From the sequence record SRR20825019_31: a DNA stretch of 37,025 nucleotides. The stretch is one strand, 5' to 3'. Position 1 is the first letter of the stretch. Every line of letters starts with the position of its first letter. Below the pieces are notes generated by a model. It was not told the DNA's origin and ran no database searches. It worked only from the letters and a program-made list of their open reading frames with translations. The position numbers and the translations under genes are program-made. Positions 37,024 through 37,025 of this stretch are shown here, one piece after another.

Positions 37024-37025
37024 AA

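Noticed and set aside
1..37025. CRISPR array, tRNA/rRNA, prophage or defence island
   Set aside because: No regularly spaced repeats, RNA-gene signatures or phage/defence proteins seen; intergenic gaps are short

Overview
Bacteroidota chromosomal window (inferred from T9SS/gliding genes and repeated TAnnTTTG -7 promoter boxes; a Flavobacteriales, possibly Crocinitomicaceae-like, origin is a guess). Left to right: a rel (RelA/SpoT) gene missing from the ORF track and cut by the window edge, fahA, ychF, two tandem paralogous secreted proteins, an SxtI-like O-carbamoyltransferase followed by an unlisted 49-aa SxtK/DUF5989-like ORF and an SxtJ-like membrane protein, an M28 peptidase, a T9SS-secreted S8 protease, a probable cysteate acyltransferase (SulA/CapB, sulfonolipid synthesis), a small T9SS-cargo-like protein, an RND efflux operon headed by a 140-aa leader-like ORF and a structured spacer, bioF-bioB, ispF-porV-porU, a PorP/SprF gene with gldJ, a TPR-SpoIIE phosphatase, a mosaic lipoprotein, murF and two REP-like hairpins. 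I found no rRNA, tRNA, CRISPR array, transposase or prophage. The best candidates for undescribed biology are the leader ORF plus structured RNA ahead of the RND pump, the orphan sxtI-K-J-like module and the tandem paralog pair.
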